From positions 32,001 through 96,000 of the forward strand of contig CBDANC010000013.1 of the NCBI GenBank assembly GCA_965197425.1: 64,000 nucleotides of DNA, given 5' to 3'. Source of the DNA: Bdellovibrionales bacterium (GTDB lineage Bacteria; Bdellovibrionota; Bdellovibrionia; Bdellovibrionales; JAUICD01). The stretch's first letter is position 1; the number at the start of each line of letters is the position of its first letter. A program made the position numbers and the translations under genes. Of this stretch, positions 1 to 9,827 are shown one piece after another. The notes under the pieces are model-generated. The model saw only the letters and a list, made by a program, of their open reading frames with translations. It was not told the origin of the DNA and did no database searches.

Positions 1-439
1 TTTTGATTATTCTGGCCTTCACAAAAGAGCTATTGCATCAGATTTGAATGAGACAGAGTACAACTATCTGGAGATTGAAGAGGGTAGCGAGACAATTTTA
101 AACACAAGAGAATTTTTATATTTCACCTACTACCTTCGAATAAAACAACAGCTTCAAGGGTATTGGGAACATTACATCAAACAAAAAATTAATGAACTAA
201 TAATCTCAGGCAATAGTTATTTAGGATTAAATAAAAGAGCAAAGTTGTTAATAGTACTAGATGAGACGGGGCACTTAACTAATGTAGATATCTTGGACAA
301 ATCAGGGTTTACAGGACTAGATGAGGCTGCAATGAACGCTGTCCAGGATGCCAACCCTTTCCCACCTCCTCCAAAGGGACTTTTACAAGATAACGAAGTG
401 ATGATTGCTTGGGAATTTATTTTATATAACAACAATTAA
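1..439 (+). CDS. TonB-family energy transducer, C-terminal domain (5'-truncated by window edge)
   Basis: Frame open from position 2 (FDYSGLHKRAIASDLNE...); C-terminus SGFTGLDEAAMNAVQDANPFPPPP is typical of TonB_C/TolA-like domains. Confidence 0.75.
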   Translation, partial: FDYSGLHKRAIASDLNETEYNYLEIEEGSETILNTREFLYFTYYLRIKQQLQGYWEHYIKQKINELIISGNSYLGLNKRAKLLIVLDETGHLTNVDILDKSGFTGLDEAAMNAVQDANPFPPPPKGLLQDNEVMIAWEFILYNNN

Positions 440-441
440 GC

Positions 442-1629
442 TTAACTAAGAGTACTGAAGAATTTAGACATTTTATTTATGGCTTTTTTTATTACTTTTT
501 CATCTAAAGCGTAGCTCATTCTTATAAACCCTTCTACACCAAAAGCACTACCAGGGACAACCACCACATGCTTTGAGTCAAGCAGAGCTTTTGCAATATC
601 ACCACTGGTTTCTAATCGCACACCATTAAACTTTTTATTCAAAAAGTATGAAACATCTATCCAAAGGTAAAAAGCTCCACCAGGAGATTTTACCTTTAAG
701 CCATTAATTTCGGAGATTAAGTTACATGCAGTATCTCTTCTTTTTTTCAAAGTACTAATAACATCTGTTAAGTTTTGATTTTTCAGCGCTGTAACACTTG
801 CTTTTTGGCAAAAACTAACCGCACAGCTCACAGATTGACTTTGAAATTTGCTCATAGCTTTTATTACTGTTTCAGGACCTATACCCCACCCTATTCTCCA
901 ACCTGTCATAGAAAAAGCTTTTGACATTCCGTTTATAATAACGGTTCTATCAATTAACAAAGGATCAGCATTTAGAATATTAGGTGCATGTTTACATTCA
1001 AAAACCAGTTTATTATAAATATCATCAGATAAAATCGTCACCTTATCATGTTTGGACAAAACATCAGCCAAACTTTTTAACTCATCTAGTGTATATACTT
1101 CGCCTGTGGGATTATTAGGAGAATTTAACATAACAAGCTTTGTTTTTTTGGTTATCGAAGTTTTTAGATCATTGGCTGTGAGTTTAAATCTATTTTCTGA
1201 CCTACACGGCACAACAACCGGAACACCTCCAGCAAGTGTTACCATATCAGGGTAGCTAACCCAATAGGGACTGGGGATAATTACTTCATCCAGCGGATCT
1301 ATAACAGATTGCAAGCAGGAAAATATAGAAAACTTAGCTCCTGAAGTAACACTCACATTCTTTGCAGTGTAGTCAGTGTTTAGATATGAATTAGTATCTT
1401 TTGCTACAACTTCTTGTAAGTCTAAAATTCCGGCTGCAGGGACATACTTAGTAAAGCCAGATTTTACTGAATCACAAAGTGCATCTATAATATCATCAGA
1501 TGTGTTCCAGTCAGGTTCCCCAACTGAAAGGGCTATTACATCTTTTCCCTCTTTTTTGAGACTCCTAGCTTTGTCGGCAAGTGCTAAAGTTGGAGAAGGA
1601 TTTAGGTTTTTTATTTTTTTAGATATCAT
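442..1629 (-). CDS. aspC: PLP-dependent aminotransferase class I/II (aspartate aminotransferase)
   Basis: GEPD, NSPNNPTG, SDDIY, SKAFSMTGWRIG motifs. Confidence 0.9.
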   Translation of the reverse strand: MISKKIKNLNPSPTLALADKARSLKKEGKDVIALSVGEPDWNTSDDIIDALCDSVKSGFTKYVPAAGILDLQEVVAKDTNSYLNTDYTAKNVSVTSGAKFSIFSCLQSVIDPLDEVIIPSPYWVSYPDMVTLAGGVPVVVPCRSENRFKLTANDLKTSITKKTKLVMLNSPNNPTGEVYTLDELKSLADVLSKHDKVTILSDDIYNKLVFECKHAPNILNADPLLIDRTVIINGMSKAFSMTGWRIGWGIGPETVIKAMSKFQSQSVSCAVSFCQKASVTALKNQNLTDVISTLKKRRDTACNLISEINGLKVKSPGGAFYLWIDVSYFLNKKFNGVRLETSGDIAKALLDSKHVVVVPGSAFGVEGFIRMSYALDEKVIKKAINKMSKFFSTLS

Positions 1630-2126
1630 CTAAATTTCTCAGCTAATTTTAAAGCAACAGACTTTGTAACAAATTTTTCCAGTCTGTCGGGTTTTACACC
1701 AAGGCTTGCAAGTTCCTTTACCATACTAGAAGAAGTGAATTGAGAGTTGGACAGCAAAATAAATGTATCAATGTTATGATCACAAGAAAGCAAATTGTTA
1801 GCATATGACATCACACCTTCCCAAACCAAATCTTTCTCCCCTCTTATACCTCTAATAATAGTAGAAATATTATTTTTAACACAATAATCAACGGTCAAGC
1901 CATCAAAACTACAAACTTTAATTCTATCACTTAAAATATCAGTATCTTTTAGAGAGAGTTTTATTAACTCAATTCTCTCATTAGCATCAAAAGTATACGA
2001 TTTATCAGAAGAGTTAGCTACAACACAGTGAATATTAGCAAATTTACTAACAGCCCTCTTGATAAGCTCAATATGACCCAAGGTCACCGGATCATAACTA
2101 CCAGGTAAAACCACATCCATAACCAC
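1626..2126 (-). CDS. coaD: pantetheine-phosphate adenylyltransferase
   Basis: PGSYDPVTLGH, IIRGIR, SSSMVKE motifs; start may be ATG at 2120. Confidence 0.9.
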   Translation of the reverse strand: MVMDVVLPGSYDPVTLGHIELIKRAVSKFANIHCVVANSSDKSYTFDANERIELIKLSLKDTDILSDRIKVCSFDGLTVDYCVKNNISTIIRGIRGEKDLVWEGVMSYANNLLSCDHNIDTFILLSNSQFTSSSMVKELASLGVKPDRLEKFVTKSVALKLAEKFR

Positions 2127-2219
2127 GATTTACTACAATGCTAAAAACCTAGCAACCAAAGTTTTAATTTTTTATTTCTAGCAAAAAACTCCCGTAGCAA
2201 CCTGTCCAACAAAATACGT

Positions 2220-2268
2220 CTGGTGTTACCAGCACGGCCGATGTTATCGGTACGGCTGGTGCTACCAG
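2220..2268. repeat. three tandem 13-bp triloop hairpins, 18-bp period (family 1), intergenic
   Basis: ctggt-gtt-accag / ccgat-gtt-atcgg / ctggt-gct-accag at 2220, 2238, 2256. Confidence 0.85.
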
Positions 2269-2288
2269 TGGTTGGGTGTCAGTGTGTA

Positions 2289-5270
2289 TTACTTAGGAGC
2301 GCTTTGGAGGTCATGGGAGCAAGTGCAAAAGAGATTTTTGTCGCCGTAAGGATTATCAACTCTTCCTACATATGGCCAAAATTTGTTTTGAATTGTGTGA
2401 TTTAGAGGAAAACAAGCTTTTTTCTTTGAGTACGGGTGCTTCCACTCTGAGGCTAAGTGCAAGGCAGTGTGGGGAGCATTTTTTAACAAGTTGTCTTTTT
2501 TGTCCGACTTGCCATTTTCAATATCTAAAAACTCTTTTTTTATTTCAATTAAACAATCACAAAATCTATCTAATTCATCTAAAGATTCACTTTCGGTTGG
2601 TTCTATCATCAATGTACCTCTGACGGGCCAAGACATAGTAGGTGCGTGAAATCCATAGTCAATTAATCTCTTTGCCACATCTTCTACATCCACAGAAGCT
2701 CTTTTTGGCCAATCCCTTAAATCAATGATACATTCATGTGCTACAAAACCATTTTTGCCCGTATACAATATTGGATAGTGAGGAGATAATTTTTTTGCAA
2801 TATAATTTGCATTTAAAATAGCGGCTTGCGATGCCTTTTTTAGTCCAGAAAAACCCATCATCAAAATATACATCCAAGATATAGTTAGGATAGATGCACT
2901 TCCATATGGAGCTTGTGATATTAAACCAATACTTTGTGTGGAATCACTAAAGAGATTGTCTTGTGGAAGATACTCTTTTAAATGCTCTTTTACCAATACA
3001 GGTCCAACTCCAGGCCCTCCACCTCCATGTGGAATACAAAAAGTTTTATGCAAATTCAAATGACATACATCAACTCCATATTCACCAGGGTAACATAAAC
3101 CAAGTTGAGCATTCATGTTTGCACCATCTAAGTAAACTTGTCCTCCATGCTTGTGTACAACATCACATATTTCCATAATATCTTCTTCAAAAACTCCATG
3201 TGTAGAAGGGTATGTGATCATCAAGCTAGATAGATTTTTCTCATGCTCTTTTGCCTTTAGCTTTAGATGCGATAGATCTATATTTCCATTTTTATCACAA
3301 TTAATTTCTACAACTTTTAAACCTGCCATAACAGCACTTGCTGGATTTGTTCCATGTGCCGAAGTTGGTATAAGACATACATCTCTATTTTCACCTTTTA
3401 TTTTATGATATTGTCTTATAACCAATAACCCTGCATACTCACCTTGAGATCCTGCATTAGGCTGTAAGCTTGCAGCATCGAATCTCGTCAATTTACAAAG
3501 CCATTCCTCTAGCTCTGAGATAAGCTCTAAATAGCCCACAACCTGGTTTTCCGGCGCAAAGGGATGTATGTTAGAAAACTCACGCCATGATAAAGGTAAC
3601 ATTTCGGTAGTAGCATTTAGTTTCATTGTACAAGAACCTAATGGAATCATTGAGTGAGTTAGAGATAAATCTCTCATGCAAAGTTGATTTATATAGCGTA
3701 ACATTTTAGTCTCTGAATGATATGTGTTGAAAACTTCATGGGTCATGAAGTCAGTTGTTCTTGCTACAGCTTTATCAATTACCAGTGGAGTATCTACCAC
3801 AATGTTGTCATTATTCACGTTAGATTTTTTAAGATCGAATATTTTAAGGATGTTGTATATATCTTTATCTTTTGTGGTTTCATTGAGTGATATACCAAGT
3901 GTTTCCTTATTGATGTATCTAAAGTTAATTTTGTTATCGTGTGCTTTGTTAATAATTTTTAAAGCATCTTTTGTTTTAATAGTTAGAGTGTCAAAGTGAG
4001 TTTTTGTGACAACCTCCAGTGGAGTATTCACTACTGGTGGAGTATCCACTACCAGTGGAGTATCCACATCGAATGATGATTTTAGACTGTTTTTAAGTAG
4101 TGTAGTAAGTTTATGTATTCTAAGAGCTATATTTTTTAAACCTTTAGGTCCATGATAAACTGCGTACATACTTGCAATTATTGCTAGTAGAGCCTGTGCT
4201 GTACAAATATTGCTTGTGGCTTTAGATCTTCTAATGTGTTGTTCTCTGGTTTGAATACTTAATCTAAGTGCTGGATTACTGTGTACATCTTTTGAAACAC
4301 CTACAATTCTACCTGGTAAAAGTCTCTTATATTTATCTTTAGTTGCGATGTAAGCTGCATGAGGTCCGCCGAATCCCATAGGAACACCAAATCTCTGAGT
4401 AGTTCCAACCACTACATCAGCACCCAGCTCTCCAGGAGGTTTGAATAATGTAAGTGCAAGTAAGTCAGCAATAAAAATTTTTCTTATACTGTGATCATTG
4501 GCTTTAGTTATTATATCTTTGTAAGTGTTCACATTGCCATAGGTGTCAGGGTATTGAATTACAATTGCAAAGTACTTGGATAGATCTAAACTATCTGATT
4601 CAAAATTTTTAATATCCATTTTAATGTTTAAAGGAGACAATCTTGTCTGAAGCACTTTTAGTGTTTGAGGGTGAACAGCATCTGATACAAGCACACTTTT
4701 ACCAGGATCATATGCAAGTGGAGTATCCACTACCGGTGGAGTATCCACTACCAGTGGAGTATCCACCATCATGCTGACAGCTTCTGCGGTAGCTGTGGAT
4801 TCATCCAACATGGATGCATTTGCTATATCCATACTGGTAAGCTCACAGATCATAGTTTGAAAGTTTAAGAGTGCTTCCAATCTTCCTTGTGAAATTTCAG
4901 ATTGATAAGGAGTATATTGCGTATACCAACCAGGGCTTTCTAAAATATTTCTCAAAATTACTTTTGGTGTAATAGTTGGATAATAACCCATCCCTATGTA
5001 ATCTTCATAAACAAAATTTTTTTGTGCTAAACATTTTGCGCGCTCTAAAGCATCATGTTCACTGGTTGGTTTTAGATCTAGAGTTGTATTACTTCTAATA
5101 TTATTTGGAATTGTTTTAGAAGTTAGCTCATCCAAACTGGTAACACCAGCCGTACTGGTAACACCAGCGGTATTTGACAGAGATAAAAATTCAAGCATTT
5201 TAGCTATTTCTTTATCGCCAGGGCCTATGTGTCTATTAACAAACTCTTCCATTAGCAGTGGAGTATCCAC
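2289..5270 (-). CDS. gcvP: glycine dehydrogenase (decarboxylating), P protein, with in-frame hairpin-repeat insertions
   Basis: YTPYQSEISQGRLE, QTREQHIRR, MIPLGSCTMKLN, LNLHKTF PLP-lysine motif; true start may be ATG at 5252. Confidence 0.95.
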   Translation of the reverse strand: MDTPLLMEEFVNRHIGPGDKEIAKMLEFLSLSNTAGVTSTAGVTSLDELTSKTIPNNIRSNTTLDLKPTSEHDALERAKCLAQKNFVYEDYIGMGYYPTITPKVILRNILESPGWYTQYTPYQSEISQGRLEALLNFQTMICELTSMDIANASMLDESTATAEAVSMMVDTPLVVDTPPVVDTPLAYDPGKSVLVSDAVHPQTLKVLQTRLSPLNIKMDIKNFESDSLDLSKYFAIVIQYPDTYGNVNTYKDIITKANDHSIRKIFIADLLALTLFKPPGELGADVVVGTTQRFGVPMGFGGPHAAYIATKDKYKRLLPGRIVGVSKDVHSNPALRLSIQTREQHIRRSKATSNICTAQALLAIIASMYAVYHGPKGLKNIALRIHKLTTLLKNSLKSSFDVDTPLVVDTPPVVNTPLEVVTKTHFDTLTIKTKDALKIINKAHDNKINFRYINKETLGISLNETTKDKDIYNILKIFDLKKSNVNNDNIVVDTPLVIDKAVARTTDFMTHEVFNTYHSETKMLRYINQLCMRDLSLTHSMIPLGSCTMKLNATTEMLPLSWREFSNIHPFAPENQVVGYLELISELEEWLCKLTRFDAASLQPNAGSQGEYAGLLVIRQYHKIKGENRDVCLIPTSAHGTNPASAVMAGLKVVEINCDKNGNIDLSHLKLKAKEHEKNLSSLMITYPSTHGVFEEDIMEICDVVHKHGGQVYLDGANMNAQLGLCYPGEYGVDVCHLNLHKTFCIPHGGGGPGVGPVLVKEHLKEYLPQDNLFSDSTQSIGLISQAPYGSASILTISWMYILMMGFSGLKKASQAAILNANYIAKKLSPHYPILYTGKNGFVAHECIIDLRDWPKRASVDVEDVAKRLIDYGFHAPTMSWPVRGTLMIEPTESESLDELDRFCDCLIEIKKEFLDIENGKSDKKDNLLKNAPHTALHLASEWKHPYSKKKACFPLNHTIQNKFWPYVGRVDNPYGDKNLFCTCSHDLQSAPK
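4016..4067. repeat. 3 x 18-bp hairpin repeat (family 1) inside gcvP
   Basis: ccagtggagtattcacta/ctggtggagtatccacta/ccagtggagtatccac; encodes VDTPLVVDTPPVVNTPL. Confidence 0.9.
4717..4767. repeat. 3 x 18-bp hairpin repeat (family 1) inside gcvP
   Basis: gtgga-gta-tccac three times; encodes VDTPLVVDTPPVVDTPL. Confidence 0.9.
5136..5171. repeat. 2 x 18-bp hairpin repeat (family 1 variant) inside gcvP
   Basis: actggtaacaccagccgt/actggtaacaccagcggt; encodes TAGVTSTAGVTS. Confidence 0.85.
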
Positions 5271-5314
5271 AAATTTTTTAGAAGCTACAACACAAAAATA
5301 AGCTAAGCAAGACT

Positions 5315-5441
5315 AAAGGTCTTCCGAACAAAACCAACAAATCAGCTCTACTGGTTCTTTCAATGAGCAAAATATAAAGTTTAATAATATAGCCCATTGA
5401 ATCAACTGACTTGTTATTTTTTAGCAGGCGAATTACGTTCC
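5315..5441 (+). repeat. modular palindromic element (family 2), diverged copy
   Basis: Starts aaaggtcttccgaac, contains a diverged inverted X module and ends ggcgaattacgtt. Confidence 0.75.
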
Positions 5442-5808
5442 AGTGAATCTCACAACCAACCATTCCACTAAACATTGTCCCCAGTTTGACAACAAAACAT
5501 ATTTTACCTTAATTGTGTCTCGCCTAAAGACATCATTCCGGGAGAATAAAAAATACTGGGATTTTCTAAAAAAAGTTATAGCAATGTGTATCTCGTTTGC
5601 TATGATCTTGTTTCGCCGATCCTGTAACTCTTGGTTCTTAAATTAAAGCGAGTAGAGCTGATTGCCTTTGAGTGCTTTTGTAGCATAGATGGATGAATTT
5701 TGCAATAATAACTTAAGGTTATGTAAAATGTGCGTTCCAAGAAACGGCATAAGCTTATGCCAGTCACTTTTTTGGCAACGGGGATCAGTGTTGGTTTTCG
5801 TTTTCTTC

Positions 5809-6156
5809 TTAGCTTTTCTTTTTGCGTTTTGTTTTTGGTTTAGATTTTTTCTCAATTTCTATGTTGATTTTGAATTTATGATCTTTAATAAATCTGGAAG
5901 CCTCATGCACAAAATCAACTTTATCTAGAGACTTTTTAACTTCTCCACTAATTTTGTCATATAAAGCTTTTTTAGACTGACTAGCACTCTTGATAGCTGA
6001 TTTTAATAAGTCCTTTGGAAGTTTTCTATCACTTAGAGTATTTCTTATAACTTCCTCTGTCGTAAAAACAGTGCCTGCTGCTGCTTCAATAAGATTTTTT
6101 ACAGCTTCAGAAAAGTTTTTATTGTTTGTGCCGCTTTCTTTGCGTTTGTTCTTCAT
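5809..6156 (-). CDS. hypothetical protein
   Basis: 115-aa ORF co-oriented with and overlapping the upstream SRPBCC gene. Confidence 0.6.
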   Translation of the reverse strand: MKNKRKESGTNNKNFSEAVKNLIEAAAGTVFTTEEVIRNTLSDRKLPKDLLKSAIKSASQSKKALYDKISGEVKKSLDKVDFVHEASRFIKDHKFKINIEIEKKSKPKTKRKKKS

Positions 6157-6580
6157 AAAGATCTCTCACTCGTTTGTGGCAGGAGCTCATTACGTTTGGA
6201 AGGTTAACTTCTGCCAGGGTTTTTTCTATTAAATTAGGTACAAACACTTTTAGCTGGTATTTTAGGTGATAAGTTGCCTTACACTTGTTGTCTGTTGGTT
6301 CAAGTTTCCAAAATCCAGAATTTAGTTTAAATATATTATCATCTGCTACCTCCCATGAAATCTTATTGGGAGCTTCTTTTATCATCCACAACTTATAGGT
6401 GAATGCTTTTACAATCTTAACTTCATACTCTACAAGCTGTTTGTTGCCATCAGTTTCTAGTATAATACATTTAGAAATTTCATTTACAAATTCTGGATAA
6501 CTTTCATAGTCCACCAGAATTTTGTAAAACTCATCAACAGAGCAATTAAAAATTTCAGATGTGGTAACTTCTGTCATCAA
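6119..6580 (-). CDS. SRPBCC/START-fold (polyketide cyclase, RatA/COQ10-like) protein
   Basis: ILVDYESYPEFV and NSGFWKLE motifs, ~150 aa. Confidence 0.8.
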   Translation of the reverse strand: MMTEVTTSEIFNCSVDEFYKILVDYESYPEFVNEISKCIILETDGNKQLVEYEVKIVKAFTYKLWMIKEAPNKISWEVADDNIFKLNSGFWKLEPTDNKCKATYHLKYQLKVFVPNLIEKTLAEVNLPNVMSSCHKRVRDLYEEQTQRKRHKQ

Positions 6581-6586
6581 CTTTCC

Positions 6587-7543
6587 TCAAAGGTTTTTTT
6601 TATACAACGCATGAGTAGTATCAATATACCTAATTGTACCAGTTTTTGATCTCATCACTATGGAAAATGTTTTAGCCTTTTTATTGGGTAAAAACTTCAC
6701 TCCGTCTAATAATGAGCCATCTGTTACACCTGTCGCTGCAAAGATAACATCATTTCCCGCTAATTCATCTATTGTGTAAACTTTATCAAAATTTGTTATG
6801 CCCATCGATCTGGCTCTATCCTTTTCTTCATCTTTAAATTTTAGTTTGCCCTGCATATCTCCATTTAAACATTTCAGTGCAGCAGCAGCTAATACTCCTT
6901 CTGGAGCTCCTCCGATACCCAGTAACATATCTATCCCAGAATTTGGATATGATGTTGAAATGGCAGCAGAAACATCTCCATCACCTATCATATGTATTCT
7001 CGCTCCAACACTTCTTACTTCACTAATTAAATCCAAGTGTCTATCTCTATCCAGTATTATAGTTGTTAGCTCTTTGGGGCTCTTACCTAAAGCTTTTGCC
7101 ACTTTGTTGATATTATGGGTTGGAGATTTTGTTATATCTATTGCACCCTTAGCTTTGGGACCTACAGCAATTTTGTCCATATACACATCAGGTGCATGAA
7201 GAAAACTACCCTCACCTCCAGCAGCTATCACACTTAAAGCACCATAACCACCATTTGCACAAATAGAAGTACCTTCTAAAGGATCCAGAGCAATGTCTAT
7301 TTTGGGGCAATTTTTTTCTGATTTACCTACGTTCTCTCCGATATAAAGCATTGGGGCTTTATCTCGTTCCCCTTCCCCTATAACTACAGTTCCATCTATA
7401 TCTAGTTTGGAGAAAGCTTCCCTCATGGCATCCACAGCAGCCCTATCAGCAGCCACAGGATCACCTTTGCCCATCCACTTTGAGCTAGCAACCGCAGCTG
7501 CCTCTGTAATCCTAACAAACTCCAAAGCCAGATTTCTGTACAT
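6587..7543 (-). CDS. glpX: class II fructose-1,6-bisphosphatase
   Basis: VVIGEGERDKAPMLYIGE, DPLEGT, GDGDV, FAATGVTDG. Confidence 0.95.
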   Translation of the reverse strand: MYRNLALEFVRITEAAAVASSKWMGKGDPVAADRAAVDAMREAFSKLDIDGTVVIGEGERDKAPMLYIGENVGKSEKNCPKIDIALDPLEGTSICANGGYGALSVIAAGGEGSFLHAPDVYMDKIAVGPKAKGAIDITKSPTHNINKVAKALGKSPKELTTIILDRDRHLDLISEVRSVGARIHMIGDGDVSAAISTSYPNSGIDMLLGIGGAPEGVLAAAALKCLNGDMQGKLKFKDEEKDRARSMGITNFDKVYTIDELAGNDVIFAATGVTDGSLLDGVKFLPNKKAKTFSIVMRSKTGTIRYIDTTHALYKKNL

Positions 7544-7661
7544 AGACCCCCTACAACTAACATACTTTGATAAGCATAATGATCTCTTTCTAAGAAGCTA
7601 TTAATATTATGCGTCAAAAAATAGTTTGTATAAAGTCTGATTAATTATAGTGTATTTATAT

Positions 7662-8219
7662 ATGGACTTTACTTTACCAAACAAAGTTACATTATCCAGG
7701 CTCATTTTAATAACACCTATATTGGCGTTTTTATATGTAGGCTCTTTATGGTCTGAGCTAACTGCTGCTGTCATATTTATAATAGCTGCTATTACTGATT
7801 ATTATGATGGATTTTTTGCTAGAAAATTAAATTTAGGTACTAATTTTGGTAAAATTTTTGATCATTCAGCAGATAAAGGGCTTGTTACTAGTGTTTTGAT
7901 AATGTTGCTTTACCTAAAAAGAATTGATCCATTTTTACTAACGATACTAGTTGTAAGAGACATCTTGGTTAATGGAATAAGAATTAGTGCTGCAAGTGAT
8001 CTTAATGTTATAGGAGCTGGCAAGTCTGGAAAGTGGAAGACTGCTTTGCAGATGAGTGCAATACCTTTGTTATTTGTAAACCCTGACAGTTTAAATTTTA
8101 AAATTTATGATTGGCTTCACCTGGCGGCTTACTATGTGTTGTGGCTCAGCGTAGTGTTCAGTATTGTGTCAGGCTTGGAATACTACAAGTTGTGGTCAAA
8201 GAACAAAACCAACCATTAG
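7662..8219 (+). CDS. pgsA: CDP-diacylglycerol--glycerol-3-phosphate 3-phosphatidyltransferase
   Basis: LPNKVTLSR, TDYYDGFFARK, FGKIFDHSADK, GKWKT; followed by tRNA-Gly. Confidence 0.9.
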   Translation: MDFTLPNKVTLSRLILITPILAFLYVGSLWSELTAAVIFIIAAITDYYDGFFARKLNLGTNFGKIFDHSADKGLVTSVLIMLLYLKRIDPFLLTILVVRDILVNGIRISAASDLNVIGAGKSGKWKTALQMSAIPLLFVNPDSLNFKIYDWLHLAAYYVLWLSVVFSIVSGLEYYKLWSKNKTNH

Positions 8220-8275
8220 TTTATGGTTTCTTGACTTACTTTGAGGGTGGTATTAGCTTTTCCAGATCATCATTT

Positions 8276-8351
8276 GCGCAAGTAGCTCAGCTGATAGAGC
8301 GTCGCCTTGCCAAGGCGAAGGTCGCGGGTTTGAACCCCGTCTTGCGCTCCA
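8276..8351 (+). tRNA. tRNA-Gly (GCC)
   Basis: GCGCAAG/CTTGCGC acceptor stem, cgcct-tgccaa-ggcg anticodon arm, GGTTTGAACCC T arm, encoded CCA. Confidence 0.95.
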
Positions 8352-8363
8352 GTTTTTACCCAA

Positions 8364-8542
8364 TTCGGAAGATCTTTAGAGGCCAGATTTGGCATCGTGT
8401 TCCAGAGCTGGGCAACCACTCAGCAAAAAAACCGACCGCAGGGAGATTATTTCAATTGGAAAATATAAAGATTTATCCCGTGAGCCAATTGAACCAAAGT
8501 AGGCATAGCCTCCTTATTTTTTGCTTCGTTCGGAAGACCTTT
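8364..8542 (-). repeat. modular palindromic element (family 2) with nested X module, reverse orientation
   Basis: Reverse complement reads aaaggtcttccgaacgaagc...ttcaattggctcacggga...gttgcccagctctggaacacgatg. Confidence 0.9.
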
Positions 8543-8593
8543 AAATTAAAATTTTTGTTGAACAAACAAGCTACCTAAAATAAAACTTGTAGT

Positions 8594-9073
8594 ATGAACT
8601 TTCAAACAACTATCAATACAACAATGGGAACTCTTGTTCTAATAGCTTCTGATAAAGGTGTAAAAGAACTACACTTTGAAAACAGAGCTTATGAAAAAAA
8701 TATTGCCATCAAAAAATCTACACAAAACCACATAACAAAAGAAGCCACAAAACAACTGAAAGAATATTTTAATGGTAAAAGAAAATCATTCAATATACCT
8801 CTGGATTTAGAAGGCACATCATTTCAAAAACAAGTATGGCAAGCTTTAAGACAAATTAAATTTGGTGCCACAATAAGCTACAAAGAACAAGCCAAAATGA
8901 TCAACAAACCAAAAGCATATAGAGCTGTGGGAACAGCTAATGGGAAAAATCCAATACCAATTATTATTCCTTGTCACAGAGTTGTATCCTCAAATGGACT
9001 AGGTGGTTTTTCAGGAGGAATGCATAATAAAGTATTTTTGCTAGACCACGAAACCAAGCACTTAAATCATTAA
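8594..9073 (+). CDS. ogt: methylated-DNA--protein-cysteine S-methyltransferase
   Basis: GTSFQKQVW, RAVGTANGKNPIPIIIPCHRV. Confidence 0.93.
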   Translation: MNFQTTINTTMGTLVLIASDKGVKELHFENRAYEKNIAIKKSTQNHITKEATKQLKEYFNGKRKSFNIPLDLEGTSFQKQVWQALRQIKFGATISYKEQAKMINKPKAYRAVGTANGKNPIPIIIPCHRVVSSNGLGGFSGGMHNKVFLLDHETKHLNH

Positions 9074-9096
9074 AAAATTTTTAGTTCGAAAAAGTT

Positions 9097-9771
9097 TTAC
9101 TCACCCTTGGAGTCAATGAACATGTTGGGCTTTATTGTGTCAACCCAAGCTTTATAACTTTCGTAGATATCTTGATTTTCAAAAGTTTTTACAGGGCCTA
9201 CATGGATAGTAAGTGTTTTGCCATATTTTGCAAACCAATTTGCTTTAGGCCAAGCTTCAAATGCGCCATCTATAAAGAAAAATAAAACTGGAGTATCGGT
9301 TTTTTTTGAAATAATATCAGCACCTTTTTTAAACATATGTATCTTACCATCTAAGGATCTTGTTCCTTCAGGAAATACCAAAAGCCAAACTTTATCTAAC
9401 TTTTTTAAGAGAGACATACATAGCATAAGAGTGTCTTGACCTTTTTCATTTCTATCAACAGGAATAGCCCTCATACAATGTTTCGAAAAAAAACTAATAA
9501 AAGGGTTAGAAAAAAAGTAATCCTTAGCAGCAGTTACATAAAGATCAAAACATCTTTTGGTAGAAACTATCGTTGTAATGGCAGGGGCATCTAGATGACT
9601 TGAGTGATTTGATATAAACAAGAGTTTGGGGTATTTGTCTAACACCTCCTCTATGTTTCCTACAACTTTCAACTTTATATAATACTTAAAAAATATTTTT
9701 TTTAACAGCTTTACAAATAAAACTCTTACCGTCACACCCACTAATTTAAAACTACTACTAAAATGTTCCAT
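9097..9771 (-). CDS. lysophospholipid (1-acyl-glycerol-3-phosphate) acyltransferase family protein
   Basis: NHSSHLD and FPEGTRS motifs. Confidence 0.88.
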   Translation of the reverse strand: MEHFSSSFKLVGVTVRVLFVKLLKKIFFKYYIKLKVVGNIEEVLDKYPKLLFISNHSSHLDAPAITTIVSTKRCFDLYVTAAKDYFFSNPFISFFSKHCMRAIPVDRNEKGQDTLMLCMSLLKKLDKVWLLVFPEGTRSLDGKIHMFKKGADIISKKTDTPVLFFFIDGAFEAWPKANWFAKYGKTLTIHVGPVKTFENQDIYESYKAWVDTIKPNMFIDSKGE

Positions 9772-9827
9772 TGATTACCTATAAACAAGATACAATAATA
9801 AGCAATGCATACTAGTGCCTCAGGATA

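Noticed and set aside
5271..5800. Glycine riboswitch upstream of gcvP and short ORFs 5278-5475, 5443-5646, 5643-5855
   Set aside because: No GGAGA/CCGAAG/CTCTCAGG aptamer motifs are seen. The ORFs are short, overlap repeats and have no recognisable motifs.
8111..8578. ORFs sharing the peptide FQLENIKVYPVSQLNQ or its antisense (also 28201-28449, 49093-49308, 58326-58634, 60468-60839)
   Set aside because: These are translations of the non-coding X module and overlap a tRNA or real genes. They are not a protein family.
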